The position numbers and the translations under genes were made by a program. From Macrostomum lignano (Eukaryota): a stretch of 64,000 nucleotides of DNA. The notes under the pieces are model-generated. The model made no database searches. It saw nothing but the letters and a program-made list of their open reading frames with translations, and was not told the origin of the DNA. Below, piece after piece: positions 25,975-57,464 of this stretch. The first letter of the stretch is position 1. The number at the start of each line of letters is the position of its first letter. Location of the stretch: contig NIVC01000660.1 in NCBI GenBank assembly GCA_002269645.1, forward strand, positions 1-64,000, given 5' to 3'.

Positions 25975-27137
25975 CTGGGTTTTTTTTTTCGCCAGAGACA
26001 AGGTGCAAAATTGCACCTTGTGCCAAATTTCAAGGTGCAATTTTAAGGCTCAGAGTGCAATTTCTCTTGAGTCTTGTTTTAGACAACTGGGAATATATAT
26101 TTTAATATCTTACATAAGGCTATAGCCATACCATAGTCCGGATCATATTGTTTATGCTGGAGATCTTTGGCCTAAATCTGGTTAGGGATCGGAGGCTGGC
26201 ATAAGTATAGGCCAAAATATGCCTTGGCATAAGTGCTTGGCATAAGTACATGGCATAAATCAAGTGGCATAAATGTTGGCACAAATGAGATCATTCACGA
26301 TCAAATATATCACTATAGAACATTACACATTTGCATTAATTATGATGTTAAAGAGTAGCATTAAAACAAAGTTCATTAAAATATTGCAGCTCATATAAAT
26401 GAGATAGCAGAATATCTATTATAGGATAGCAAAAGTTTTTTTAGCTTCAAGATGCTTACTTTGATTCTTGATTCATGTTATGTTAGAAGTCAAGGCAAGT
26501 GTATGCAAGCTATGAAACGCTTAAAGCCAGCGATGGGCAGAGAGCCGATATATATATTATTGTTTAGTCAAGTGCAGTAAGCAATGTACATTGTATGCGT
26601 CAATGGGGGACTGGGGGCAGGTGCACTGAGAGAGAAAGAGAAACACTGCATGTCGGCTAGCCAGCATTGATCAGTATAGAACAATTTAGAATTTGCAACT
26701 AGTGAGATTTTTAAACAGTTGCAACTTCTGAATTTAATTTATCACTGATTAATTGTAAATCATCTATTCTATTCTATTCTATTCACAAGAATTGTGAGGG
26801 ACCTTTTTTGGGTGGCGTAAGTCAGAGGGACCTTTTTTGGTTGGCGTAAGTCTGGCATAAGTGCCAAAAAATGTTGGATTTTTCCTCTGGCGTAAGTCCA
26901 GCATGATCCGGACTATGGTAGCCATAGGCTATATCGCCTATATATGACTTAATAGGATTTAAAGAGTTATTTTGTTTCATATTTTAAGGCATTGCATAAA
27001 AAATAGCTTAAGCATGGTTAAGCCTTTAAAGAAAAATGGTTATAAGACCGCACCTAAACTGCACCTACTTTTTTAATTTCAGGGTGCGATTTTAAAATTT
27101 AGGGTGCATACGCACACTTTGCGCACAAAAAACCCTG
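25975..27137. mobile_element. hAT-like MITE copy 2
   Basis: Same termini and body as 19651-22520; perfect 8-bp TSD TTGACAAG (25967-74, 27138-45). Confidence 0.85.
26131..26918. mobile_element. Non-autonomous TIR element with 8-bp TSD (hAT/P-like) nested in hAT copy 2
   Basis: TIR CCATAGTCCGGATCAT / ATGATCCGGACTATGG; TSD TAGCCATA (26123-30, 26919-26); subterminal TGGC(A/G)TAAG repeats; a related left end at 2066. Confidence 0.85.
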
Positions 27138-28309
27138 TTGACAAGCCAATGGTAGCTTAGTGGATATGTCAATTGCCTTGTGATTGCGTGTAACAAGGTT
27201 ACTTTGACTCCCAAGTGATTAAAGTTTTTTAATTTGAAATTTTTTGCTAAACAAAAATTTTTGTCTTGAAATTTTTAATTAAAAAAGAATAATAAATAAA
27301 TCAAATTAAATAAAACTAAATTTTTTAAAGTAACACTTAATCTTAAAGTGTGGCCGCAATTATATATGTAGCAATTAAATAAGAAATAATTTTTATGATA
27401 CATATTTGCTGCAAGTAATGTTTTCATTATAATCTTTTTAATTAAATACTAGATTTAATTGTTTTCTTTAATTTTTATTTAGCTATTTGTAACTTGATGC
27501 TAAAGTTAAAATAGTCATGTCATATGTTTTGAGAATCTAAAACTAGGCCTAACCTAACTATAGTTATACATATATTATATATCCATATAGGCATAGGCTT
27601 CTAACTTTTTTAAAGGAAAAAAACTTGATATTGAACTTTTTTATCAACAAATATGTCTTTTGCTTTTATTGCTTTAAAACTTAAAGTGCTAATATTGATT
27701 ATCAATTAGCTTTAATCAATAGAATTATATAAAAATGTTTTTTAAAAAACAAAAATATAAAAGGCAAAATATTGGCAAAAAATAAGAAAGGTCATTCCAC
27801 AAGAAGGTCCCATTGTTTTTTAACTTCATGCACTTGTAACTTTTGAACCATAATAGATAGAACCAAGCTGCAAATAGCAATATGGTTTGAACTTCTAATT
27901 CTAAATTTTTCATATTGTGGTCTTTTAATGCTAACAGAATATGTTAATTGTAATCTCAAGTATCTAGGCTATTACTATACTTGTATAATTTTTTAGTCAT
28001 CATCATTTTTTAATTTAATTGTAAATTTGTATTGCATATATAAAGTTAAGGTTTGTTACCTTAATCCAAAATATAATGCATGAAATTTATCAATTGGCTA
28101 CTTTTAATTAGCTTTTCTACATACTGTCTTATTAACTAAAAAATTAAATTGAGCATGTCATTCCAAGAGGGCTCTGGAGAAGATTATGGTAAGGCTATAT
28201 TTCTAAGACTGTTTAATTTTAAATACAGTATATTGTGATATAGTCAAAAGCCCTATGACCTACAGTATGTGCTATCACCCCCATTTAATGTATGTTGCTA
28301 CCAAGTAAC

Positions 28310-29010
28310 GAAAGTACTTTAGAATGTGGCTACCCTCTCCTCTATAGTCCTTTAGTATGTCGCTAACTCAAAAGTAATTTAGTACATGGCTACCCTCTCA
28401 TCCAAAGTACTTTAATGTGACGCTAGCCTCTCCAAAGTAACTTTAGTGTGTCGCTACCCTCTCCAAAGTACTTTAATGTGACGCTAGCCTCTCCAAAGTA
28501 CTTTAATGTGACGCTAGCCTCTCCAAAGTACTTTAATGTGACGCTAGCCTCTCCAAAGTACCTTAGTGTGTCGCTACCCTCTCCAAAGTACTTTAGTGTG
28601 TCGCTACTCTCTCCAAAGTACTTTAGTGTGTCGCTACCCTCTCCAAAGTACTTTAGTGTGTCGCTACCCTCTCCAAAGTACTTTAGTGTGTCGCTACCCT
28701 CTCCAAAGTACTTTAGTGTGTCGCTACCCTCTCCAAAGTACTTTAGTGTGTCGCTACCCTCTCCAAAGTACTTTAGTGTGTCGCTACTCTCTCCAAAGTA
28801 CCTTAGTGTGTCGATACTCTCTCCAAAGTACCTTAGTGTGTCGCTACCCTCTCGTCCAACTTTAGTGTGTAGCTACCCTCTCGTCCAAAGTACTTTATTG
28901 TGTCGTTACCCTGTTGTCCAAAGTACTTTAGTGTGTCGTTACCCTCTCGTCCAAAGTACTTTAGTGTGTCGTTACCCTGTTGTCCAAAGTACTTTAGTGA
29001 GTCGCTTACT
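28310..29010. repeat. 30-bp minisatellite upstream of the unknown gene
   Basis: CTTTAGTGTGTCGCTACCCTCTCCAAAGTA unit. Confidence 0.95.
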
Positions 29011-29081
29011 GTCTTCATAAGTACAATGCTAAAATCGATCTGTTCTCTCCCCCCATCTAAGGCTACGATCCCAATGCCGCC

Positions 29082-32000
29082 ATGCCGCCAATACGCCGAT
29101 CGGCATTTAGCGCCGCTGCCGCAGCAGCCGATGGACCCGGCGCAATTGCCGCCGGTGCTGCTGCTCCTCCGCCGTCAGCTCCGTCAGCTATCGGATCGTT
29201 GATGGGCAGCAGCTTCGGCGGCGGTGGCAGCGATTTTAATGACACAGCAAAGCCGCCAGCGGCCTATATGCAGCAGCACCAGGCTCCTCCGCATTACCAT
29301 CAACAGCTGCCAAGCATTGGCGGGCCAGGCGTGCCCAGTCTAATGCAGATGAGCTGTCGGCAGCCTAACCGTCAGCAGCAGCAGCAGTACAGTAGACAGT
29401 CGCAGCCCTATTATTATCGAAATCAACCAGTTGGAGCATGGCGTTCTGCTGCGCCACAGCCGCAGGTAACATTTTTATGTATATTTTTTTGGGCATTTGA
29501 TGTCGATGTTTGATAAAGGCTCGATTTGCATTATCTAGGTTTGGTCCTAGGCTCGATTCCGGGTATCTGGGTGTGGTCCTAGGCTCGATTCCGATTATCT
29601 TGGTGTGGTCCCAAGCTTGATTCCTGGTATCTGGGTGTGGTCCCAGGCTCGATTCCGATTATCTTGGTGTGGTCCCAAGCTCAATTCCTGGTATCTGGGT
29701 GGTGGTCCTAGGCTCGATTCCGTGTATCTGGGTGTGGTCCTAGGCTCGATTCCAATTATTTAGGTGTGGTCCTAGGTTCGATTCCGATTATTTAGTTGTG
29801 GTCGATTTCGTTTTGAAATCACGAAATCGAAATCGATCTCGATTTCGTGAATCTGGGTGTAGTCTCGGGTTTGATTCGATTCCGCATCTGTAGTCCCGAA
29901 ATCGATTTCCCATATGTAGTCTTCGACTCGATTCCGCGTTTGTTATCTCATAGACTTAATTCCCCTTATAGTCGAGTCCCAAGCTCGATTCCCTCGTGTG
30001 TGCTACCGGGCTCAAGTCCCTGGTATAGAGCTTATCCAACATATCGTCAATAAATCATTCATTGCAACTTCTTTTCCATATCACCAATATTCAGAGTCTC
30101 CTAGCAACCCCGGTTGTGCCCCAGCTGCAGCAGCCAATAGGTTGGCCGGCCGCTCCTTTGGCCATCGGTTCCACCAGCTTTGGTCAGCATCGGCAGCGTC
30201 GCGGCGGCGGCGGCGGCGGCGGTCGAGCTGCAGCCGGCGGCAACTACGGGTTCCCGCAGCCATTGATGTTTGCCACTGGCCGGGTTAATAAACCAATTCG
30301 CGGCGGCGGTGGCGGTGGACGTCAGCAACAGCAACAGTTGCAGAAACCTGTCGGCGGCATTGTCCCACTAATGGCGGGAATGAAGCCGGATAAGTACAGA
30401 AGGCGATGGCAACAACAGCCGCCTTCGTTGAGTCGTCCGATTATCGACGTTATCCTTGATGCGCAGAAGGTGCTGCGTGAAGTTTGTGCTGAGATTGATA
30501 GAAAGAAGATGCATGTGCAGGTAAGCTAAAGGTATTCTTTTGGTGGCTTTAGTATCTAGGGAAATTCTTCTAGTGGCTTGGGTGTCAAAGGGACTTCTTC
30601 AATTGTAGCTTAGGTGTCAAGGGGAATTCTTCAATTGTAGCTTAGGTGTCAAGGGGAATTCTTCAATTGTAGCTTAGGTGTCAAGGGGAATTCTTCAATT
30701 GTAGCTTAGGTGTCAAGGGGAATTCTTCAATTGTAGCTTAGGTGTCAAGGGGAATTCTTCAATTGTAGCTTAGGTGTCAAGGGGAATTATTATTGCGTTT
30801 TGAGTGTCAAGAATTCTTCAAATGTAGCTTAGGTGTCAACGTGAATTCTTCAAGTAGCTTGGGTGTCAAGGAGAATTCTTCAAGTAGCTTGGGTGTCAAG
30901 GAGAATTCTTCAAGTAGCTTGGGTGTCAAGGAGAATTCTTCAAGTAGCTTGGGTGTCAAGGAGAATTCTTCAAGTAGCTTGGGTGTCAAGGAGAATTCTT
31001 CAAGTAGCTTGGGTGTCAATAGGAATTATTCAAGTGGCTGAATTAAGTGTTAAGGAGAGACCTTAATATTCTACTTAACACTGGCCCACTCTTACCCCCA
31101 CCCGCTTAGGCCGTAGTGTTTGCAGTTCGAGAGCGCGTGCCGGACTTTCATTTTCATTACGTGTTCGCTCTGGCCAGAGATTTAGACACCGATGCGTTGC
31201 GCGGTTACTATGGCAACGACACTGTGGCTACATGGAAAGCTGCCGCAGATGCTAAAGAAGGCAGCTCTGAAGATGCAAACAAGGTTTGCTTTTGTTTTAC
31301 AGTTTTATTCATGTCATTAGTGTTTTGGCAATGAAGAGTATGAAGATGTAGCTTTGACTGGATTAACGCACCTCTGGGAACGGTAGCAACCCGCTCTCAA
31401 TTAAAACCTATGAGTAGAGTAGCAACCCCCCCCCCCAATTAACCTCTGGGTAGGGTAGCAATCCCCTTGTGGGTAGGGTAACAACCCCCCAATCAAAACA
31501 CATATGGGTAGGGTAGGAACCCCCTGGTGGGAGGGTAGCAACCCCCCAATCAAAACACGTGGGTAGGGTAGCAACCCCCCAATCAAAACACGTGGGTAGG
31601 GTAGCAACCCCCCAATCAAAACACGTGGGTAGGGTAGCAACCCCCCAATCAAAACACGTGTGGGTAGGGTAGCAACCCCCCAATCAAAACACCTGTGGGT
31701 AGGGTAGCACCCCCTAATTAAAATACCTGTGTAGGTAGGGTAGCAACCCCCTGTGGGTAGGGTAGCAACCCCCTGTAGGTAGAGTAGCAACCCCCTGTAG
31801 GTAGAGTAGCAACCCCCTGTAGGTAGAGTAGCAACCCCCTGTAGGTAGAGTAGCAACCCCTTGTAGGTAGGGTGGCAAAGCCCCAATTAAAGCACCTGCA
31901 TGTAGGGTGTAGGAGCGGCCTATTTACAGCCATAGAGATGTCACCGATATAAGTTCCGCGTCTCCCGTCCCGCATCAGACGGAGTCTCAAATCGAGGATT

Positions 32001-34474
32001 ACACGGTCCTGTGCGACCTGTACGTCTGCGGCATATTCGCTGGCGTACAGGGCCGCGGCTGCAACCAGCTGGCCGCCCGGCTGGACACCTGTCGTCGATT
32101 TATCAACTTGCTAATCGACACCGAAACGCCGCCGCGGATTGTCGATATTCGACGCGCCTGGCAGCGAGGAACTGTGCCCAGCCAAGCTGTGGTCACCTAC
32201 CCGGAGCCATCGCCATCGTCAGCGCCGGCTGATGCGCCTGCCGATAAGGCTGAAGCTGCCACAGAAGAGAAACCAACCGCGGACGTCGAGATGCCAGCTG
32301 CCGCCGCCGCCGACGCCGAAAAAGCTGACGAGATCCAGCATCCGCCGATGCTGTCGATGTCGGTCGGTCCGGCTAGTCGGCATCGATTTGAGATGCGCGC
32401 GCGCGGCGTCTCCCAGTGCCTGCTGAAGCTGCTCGGCAATGACCCGGTGTCAACTTGCAACGTCACCGCCTGGGAGGCCGAGGCAGCTCAGCCGCCATCT
32501 CTGCTAGGCGACGTCGGCAGCAGCGGCGGCATCGTCTTCCCAGTGATGTCGGCCGATCCTTGGTCGGCGTCTGCGACAAGCCTGTCGCCGCAGTTGGACA
32601 GCCTGTTTGTGTGCCATCCGGCCCCTCATATTGCCAAGGTGTTGCCGTCTATCGCCCAGTTCAGACTCACCTGCCATTTTAATGGCCTCATGAAGGTAAG
32701 CGCACTGGCACTTTATAGGTATATCCACTCTGGTTCCTTGTCGTTGCCTTTCTAATACCCTGTATACCCTCTCTGGCGCTACCCTCCTAACTAATACCCT
32801 CTTTACCCTCTGGTTCCTTGGCGCTACCCTCCAACTGATACCCGCTTTACCATCTGGTTCCTTGGCGTTACACTCCAACTGATTACCCGCTTTACCATCT
32901 GGTTCCTTAGCGTTACCCTCCAACTGGTACCCTCTTTACCCTCTGGTTCCTTGGCGTTACCCTTCAACTGACACCCTCTCCCCCTTCCTCTACCCCTTCT
33001 ACCCTTCCCCTGTACTCGATCTAGTTAACAACAGTTCTCTGCCCCAAAACCACGGCACAGGTAACCTCGTCAAGCGTCGGTCCAACAGTTGCGGAAGGTC
33101 GCGACCGGCCCAGCTGCACGGCCCTGCTGCACATCGGCAACCACCTGTTGAGCCAGGCTGACGGCGACACCATGGAATCAGCCAAAACTGCCGCCGCAGT
33201 GGCCTTTGTTGAATCCGCTAGCCAATTGCAGCCAGTTATTCGCGTGCATCGCACCTGTCCTACTAGCATTCCCGTGGTTGCTAAGGACGCTCTGGTTGCT
33301 AAGGGCCAAGAACTATTCAACTCGGAGCCGGAAAAATATCGATCGGCTATGCAGCAGTTTTTTAAACAGGCCGGTTCCGGCGCTAATCCTGTCATGTCGC
33401 GAGCCTTTTGGCAGCATCTAGTTGCTAAGCAACCTGATCTAGAAGAGTTTCTACTGCATTCTCTAGCCTATTTTGAGGCATTTCACTCCGAACCGTTGGA
33501 GTGCCGCGTGTTTGGCGGCGATTTAACTTTCCCGGAAATTTGCACCCTCTACAGTTGCATTATGTGCTGCGGCTTCGACTTCGAGGTGAGCTAATCTGAT
33601 TTTGGGTCGAAAGTTTTTAGTTTTAATAGAATTCCTATGCATGGACTTCTATTTTAGTACTTTTTAAAATCGCTCTGGGAGATTTTATATCGCCCTATAC
33701 ATCTGAGAGAATCGTCCTGTACATCTGAGAGAATCGTCCTGTACATCTGAGAGAATCGCCCTGTACATCTGAGGGAATCGTCCTGTACATCTTTAAAGAG
33801 AATCGCCCTGTACATCTGAGGGAATCGTCCTGTACATCTGAGGGAATCGTCCTGTACATCTTTAAAGAGAATCGCCCTGTACATCTCTAGAGAGAATCGC
33901 CCTGTACATCTCTAGAGAGAATCGCCCTGTACATCTCTAGAGAGAATCGCCCTGTACATCTCTAGAGAGAATCGCCCTGTATATCTTGAAGAATCGCCCT
34001 GTACATGTTAAAGAATTGCCCTGTACATCTTGAAGGATCGCCCTGTACATCTTGAAAAATCGCCCTGTACATGTTAAAGAATTGCCCTGTACATCTTGAA
34101 GGATCGCCCTGTACATCTTGAAAAATCGCCCTGTACATGTTAAAGGAACGCCCTGTACCGGCTTTCCGGTAGTTATACTTTAAGGGTGCTTAAAGTATCG
34201 GCTTGTACATATATAATCCTGTGCTTAATGTCATCGATAATCTCCTTGAAGCACCCTTTCACTAATCGCCCTGTACATCTCTCTGCAGGTCGACGCCGTG
34301 CTAGAAGATTTCAGCAGCGTGTGCCACCAACTCCTACTGGTGCACAAACAGGTGGACACTGTAGAAGTGAAACGACGCCTGTTGACTGACAAGAATTTCG
34401 GCAGACTGGAACTTGTCAGCCTGGGCAATCGGATTGATCAAGTGAAATCTGCACTGGACATGCCGGTTGCTTGA
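29082..34474 (+). CDS. Uncharacterised ~837-aa protein: low-complexity Q/G/P/Y N-terminus plus apparently folded C-terminal region
   Basis: GCCGCCATG start; exons 29082-29465, 30095-30520, 31110-31283, ~31913-32695 (acceptor weak), 33025-33585, 34289-34474; all lengths divisible by 3, no stops, GT-AG; AATAAA at 34540. Confidence 0.8.
29518..29790. repeat. ~31-bp minisatellite containing tRNA B-box-like motifs
   Basis: GTGTGGTCC(T/C)AGGCTCGATTCC units; perfect GGTTCGATTCC at 29775-29785. Confidence 0.85.
30570..31040. repeat. 32-bp then 30-bp minisatellite, intron 2 of the unknown gene
   Basis: AATTCTTCAATTGTAGCTTAGGTGTCAAGGGG switching to AATTCTTCAAGTAGCTTGGGTGTCAAGGAG. Confidence 0.92.
31375..31885. 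repeat. ~31-bp then 21-bp minisatellite, intron 3
   Basis: GGGTAGGGTAGCAACCCCCCAATCAAAACACGT, then TGTAGGTAGAGTAGCAACCCCC. Confidence 0.9.
32720..32975. repeat. ~45-bp degenerate minisatellite, intron 4
   Basis: CTGGTTCCTTGGCG(C/T)TACCCTCCAACT recurs about 5 times. Confidence 0.8.
33680..34280. repeat. 22-24-bp minisatellite, intron 5
   Basis: GAATCGCCCTGTACATCT core; the last copy runs into the acceptor at 34288. Confidence 0.92.
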
Positions 34475-34539
34475 TGTTTTTCAGCTACTGTTAAAAAGGA
34501 CAATAATTTTAATGTGCGCGAGCTTCTGTGCTGATTGCT

Positions 34540-34545
34540 AATAAA
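34540..34545 (+). terminator. Putative polyadenylation signal
   Basis: AATAAA 66 nt after the stop codon at 34474. Confidence 0.5.
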
Positions 34546-34739
34546 TTTTCATAGACACTAAATAGTCTGTCTGTCTGACTACTGACATTCTTAGTTCATC
34601 AGAAGAAGCACATAAAGATTGGGCTGACGAATCATATGCCCGGTCAATATTTCAATTATACTTATTATGCTTGCTAAATATTTCGAGTGCTTTTTCTACT
34701 TTGCCATGCCTAATTATCTGTCAATGTTGTCAGACCCCG

Positions 34740-35727
34740 TTCTATGAACCCTGTTCCCTATGATTTATGAACTCTGTCTCCTATGATCTATGAACCCTGT
34801 TCCCTATGATCTATGAACTCTGTCTCCTATGATCTATGAACCCTGTTCCCTATGATCTATGAACCCTGTTCCCTATGATCTATGAACTCTGGCCCCTATG
34901 ATCTATGAACTCTGTTCCCTATGATCTATGAGCACTGATTCCTATGATCTATGAAGTCTGTTGCCTATGATCCATGAACTCTGTTCCCTATGATCTATGA
35001 AGTCTGTTGCCTATGATCCATGAACTCTGTTCCCTATGATCTATGGTCTTGGTTCTAAGATCCATGAACTCTGTTCCCTATGATCATGGTTCTTGTTCTA
35101 TGATCCATGAACTCTGTTCCCTATGATCTATGGTCTTGGTTCTAAGATCCATGAACTCTGTTCCCTATGATCATGGTTCTTGTTCTATGATCCATGAACT
35201 CTGTTCCCTATGATCTATGGTCTTGGTTCTAAGATCCATGAACTCTGTTCCCTATGATCATGGTTCTTGTTCTAAGATCCATGAACTCTGTTCCCTATGA
35301 TCTATGGTCTTGGTTCTAAGATCCATGAACTCTGTTCCCTATGATCTATGGTCTTGGTTCTAAGATCTATGAACTCTGTTCCCTATGATCATGGTTCTTG
35401 TTCTAAGATCCATGAACTCTGTTCCCTATGATCTATGGTCTTGGTTCTAAGATCCATGAACTCTGTTCCCTATGATCTATGGTCTTTGTTCCAAGATCCA
35501 TGAACTCTGTTCCCTATGATCTATGGTCTTTGTTCCAAGATCCATGAACTCTGTTCCCTATGATCATGGTCTTGGTTCTAAGATCCATGAACTCTGTTCC
35601 CTATGATCATGGTCTTTGTTCTAAGATCCATGAACTCTGTTCCCTATGATCTATGGTCTTTGTTCCAAGATCCATGAACTCTGTTCCCTATGATCATGGT
35701 CTTTGTTCTAAGATCCATGAACTCTGT
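34740..35727. repeat. 23-bp / ~45-bp dimeric minisatellite
   Basis: CTATGATCTATGAACTCTGTTCC evolving into an alternating dimer. Confidence 0.93.
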
Positions 35728-36294
35728 TGTGCGTTTAGACTTGAGGTCTATTAGCAGTTTGCAACCAACTTTATTCGTCTAATTCGGTTCATTATAATCA
35801 TATTCCATCTATCAGCTAGCAATTTCCTGTATTTATATTGTACTAAACATGGCGTCTTATTTGTACAAATATTGCATGTAAATTACAGGATAGCTGCGAG
35901 TGTACTTTAATGTGTTCTCACCATCTGTTAGTCTTAGTTTAAAGTATTGTAGTTGATGCAGCTAAGCTCTCTCGCTGATTTTGTACTGTAAAACCAAATT
36001 GCACTTAAAATCAAGCAACTATTGGGCCGGTGCAGTCAATTTTAATGTCATCGCGAAAGGGTGAAAATCACTAATAAGAATAATAACTAATCAATCTGAT
36101 AGTTTTTTGGTTGCAAAGTGACGGATAAAAAGCACAAACAAGACTTGATTTTCTTTATATCTTTTTATTTTCGACAATCGGATGTAACGCTAGTTTAAGG
36201 CAACGAATCCACCCTTGCGAGCTTACTGATTGCTTCTTTAAAGCTTCTAAGGATTGATCAAAATATTTCGAGAAAAAAATGTTCTGAAACAGCC

Positions 36295-36465
36295 GTAACT
36301 ATCCTGAACAGTTTCTCAAAGAATCGCCCTGAGCAGCCTTTCTAAGAATCGCCCTGAGCAGCATTTCTAAGAAAAGCCCTAAACAGCTTTTCTAAGAATC
36401 GCCCTGAGCAGCTTCTTAAACAATCGCCCTGAACAGCTTCTCAAAGAATCGCCCTGAACAGCTTA
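36295..36465. repeat. ~22-bp minisatellite related to the 33680 array
   Basis: AAGAATCGCCCTGA(G/A)CAGC shares the AAGAATCGCCCTG core. Confidence 0.8.
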
Positions 36466-36659
36466 GAAATCTAAGCAATTCTGGCTAACTAAATATTTTT
36501 CGAACAAATTAATCTAAAATATATTAACTATTGCAACTAGCTACTGAATTGGATATAAGTAATATAAGCAGCCTATACTTGTTCCAAATGAATTTCAGTG
36601 CTTGTTCGGTAAAAAGTTATAGAAATCCGCAAAAACTGATAATTAAAGCAAAGTCTTTC

Positions 36660-50483
<13,824 letters not shown>

Positions 50484-50544
50484 GTAAGCATGTCTCTTTC
50501 CATGTAGAGAGTGTTTCTTCACTTTGTAATATTTTTATTGAATT

Positions 50545-56435
<5,891 letters not shown>

Positions 56436-57464
56436 CTCTTACGACTGTCTGTGTGTTTAGCGGGACCTGAGTTATGTTAATGCGTTACGTGGACCACGCA
56501 ATTCCGGTTAAAAAATAGAGTCTGTTTTGACAACGCGAAAGGCTAGCTAGGGTTATCTTTTTGTTAACTTGACGGAATAGCCAGTTCGGGGAAACTGTGG
56601 TGGTTCACTAACTACGTTTTGGGGACCGGGTTAGGTGGACCGCAAAAAAACAGTTGGTTTAGTTAGACCTCTTTCGTTGTAGAAAATTTATTGCTTTAAA
56701 CTGTTCTTTTGAACTAATTAAAACAGAAATTCTCAAAAAGAACAGATAAAAGGGTTACGACGTCATTTATTGAAAATATCCCAAGTTCAAACCAATTTAT
56801 TTAGCATTACTAATCGGGTTAATCGGGTTAAACAAATGTACGATCGCATTAGTTAGTTGCGTCGCGTGAATACAAGAAGGTGAATGAAAATAAAGCATTT
56901 TGAAAATAAATACAGAATCATATCAAATACTAACTGTAAACTCATTAAAACTAATTTAGGTCAAAATGTATGCTTCAAATACATGTTAACAAACGTAAGA
57001 TTCCATTAGTTAAAAAGGTCATCCGAGTACGAGCCTACAAGAAGTTGAAGGGCATTTTTAATAACGACAAAAGTTACTAAAACTGAAATTAAATTGATTT
57101 GACTACATCAGTCCTATTATACTGAATGAGTTGGTGAGCAATCATATGATAAGCCAATCATTTTACCGACTTTCATCTTTTCGTTCACGCAGATGATGGC
57201 TTAATCTTCTTATTTTTTCTACGAAATATTCTCCTGGACCTTCCCTGCCTCCGTGGTCCGGGACCGCTTCTGTTATTGATCTGTCATTGCCTCTCTCACG
57301 AATTTCAGCTTACTCAGCCATCGAATCCACTTTCGTCAGCTCAGCTTCTTTTACAGTTCGTTTTAACCTTCATCTCGGTGAAACGCAGTCAGTCTCGTCG
57401 AGCTCAGGCGAACAAAATCAACCACAGGCTCCTACAAAGGTAGAAAATAAAATTAACTGACAAT

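Noticed and set aside
27146-27215. tRNA gene (A-box TAGCTTAGTGG)
   Set aside because: B-box and stems are degenerate; at best an old SINE head.
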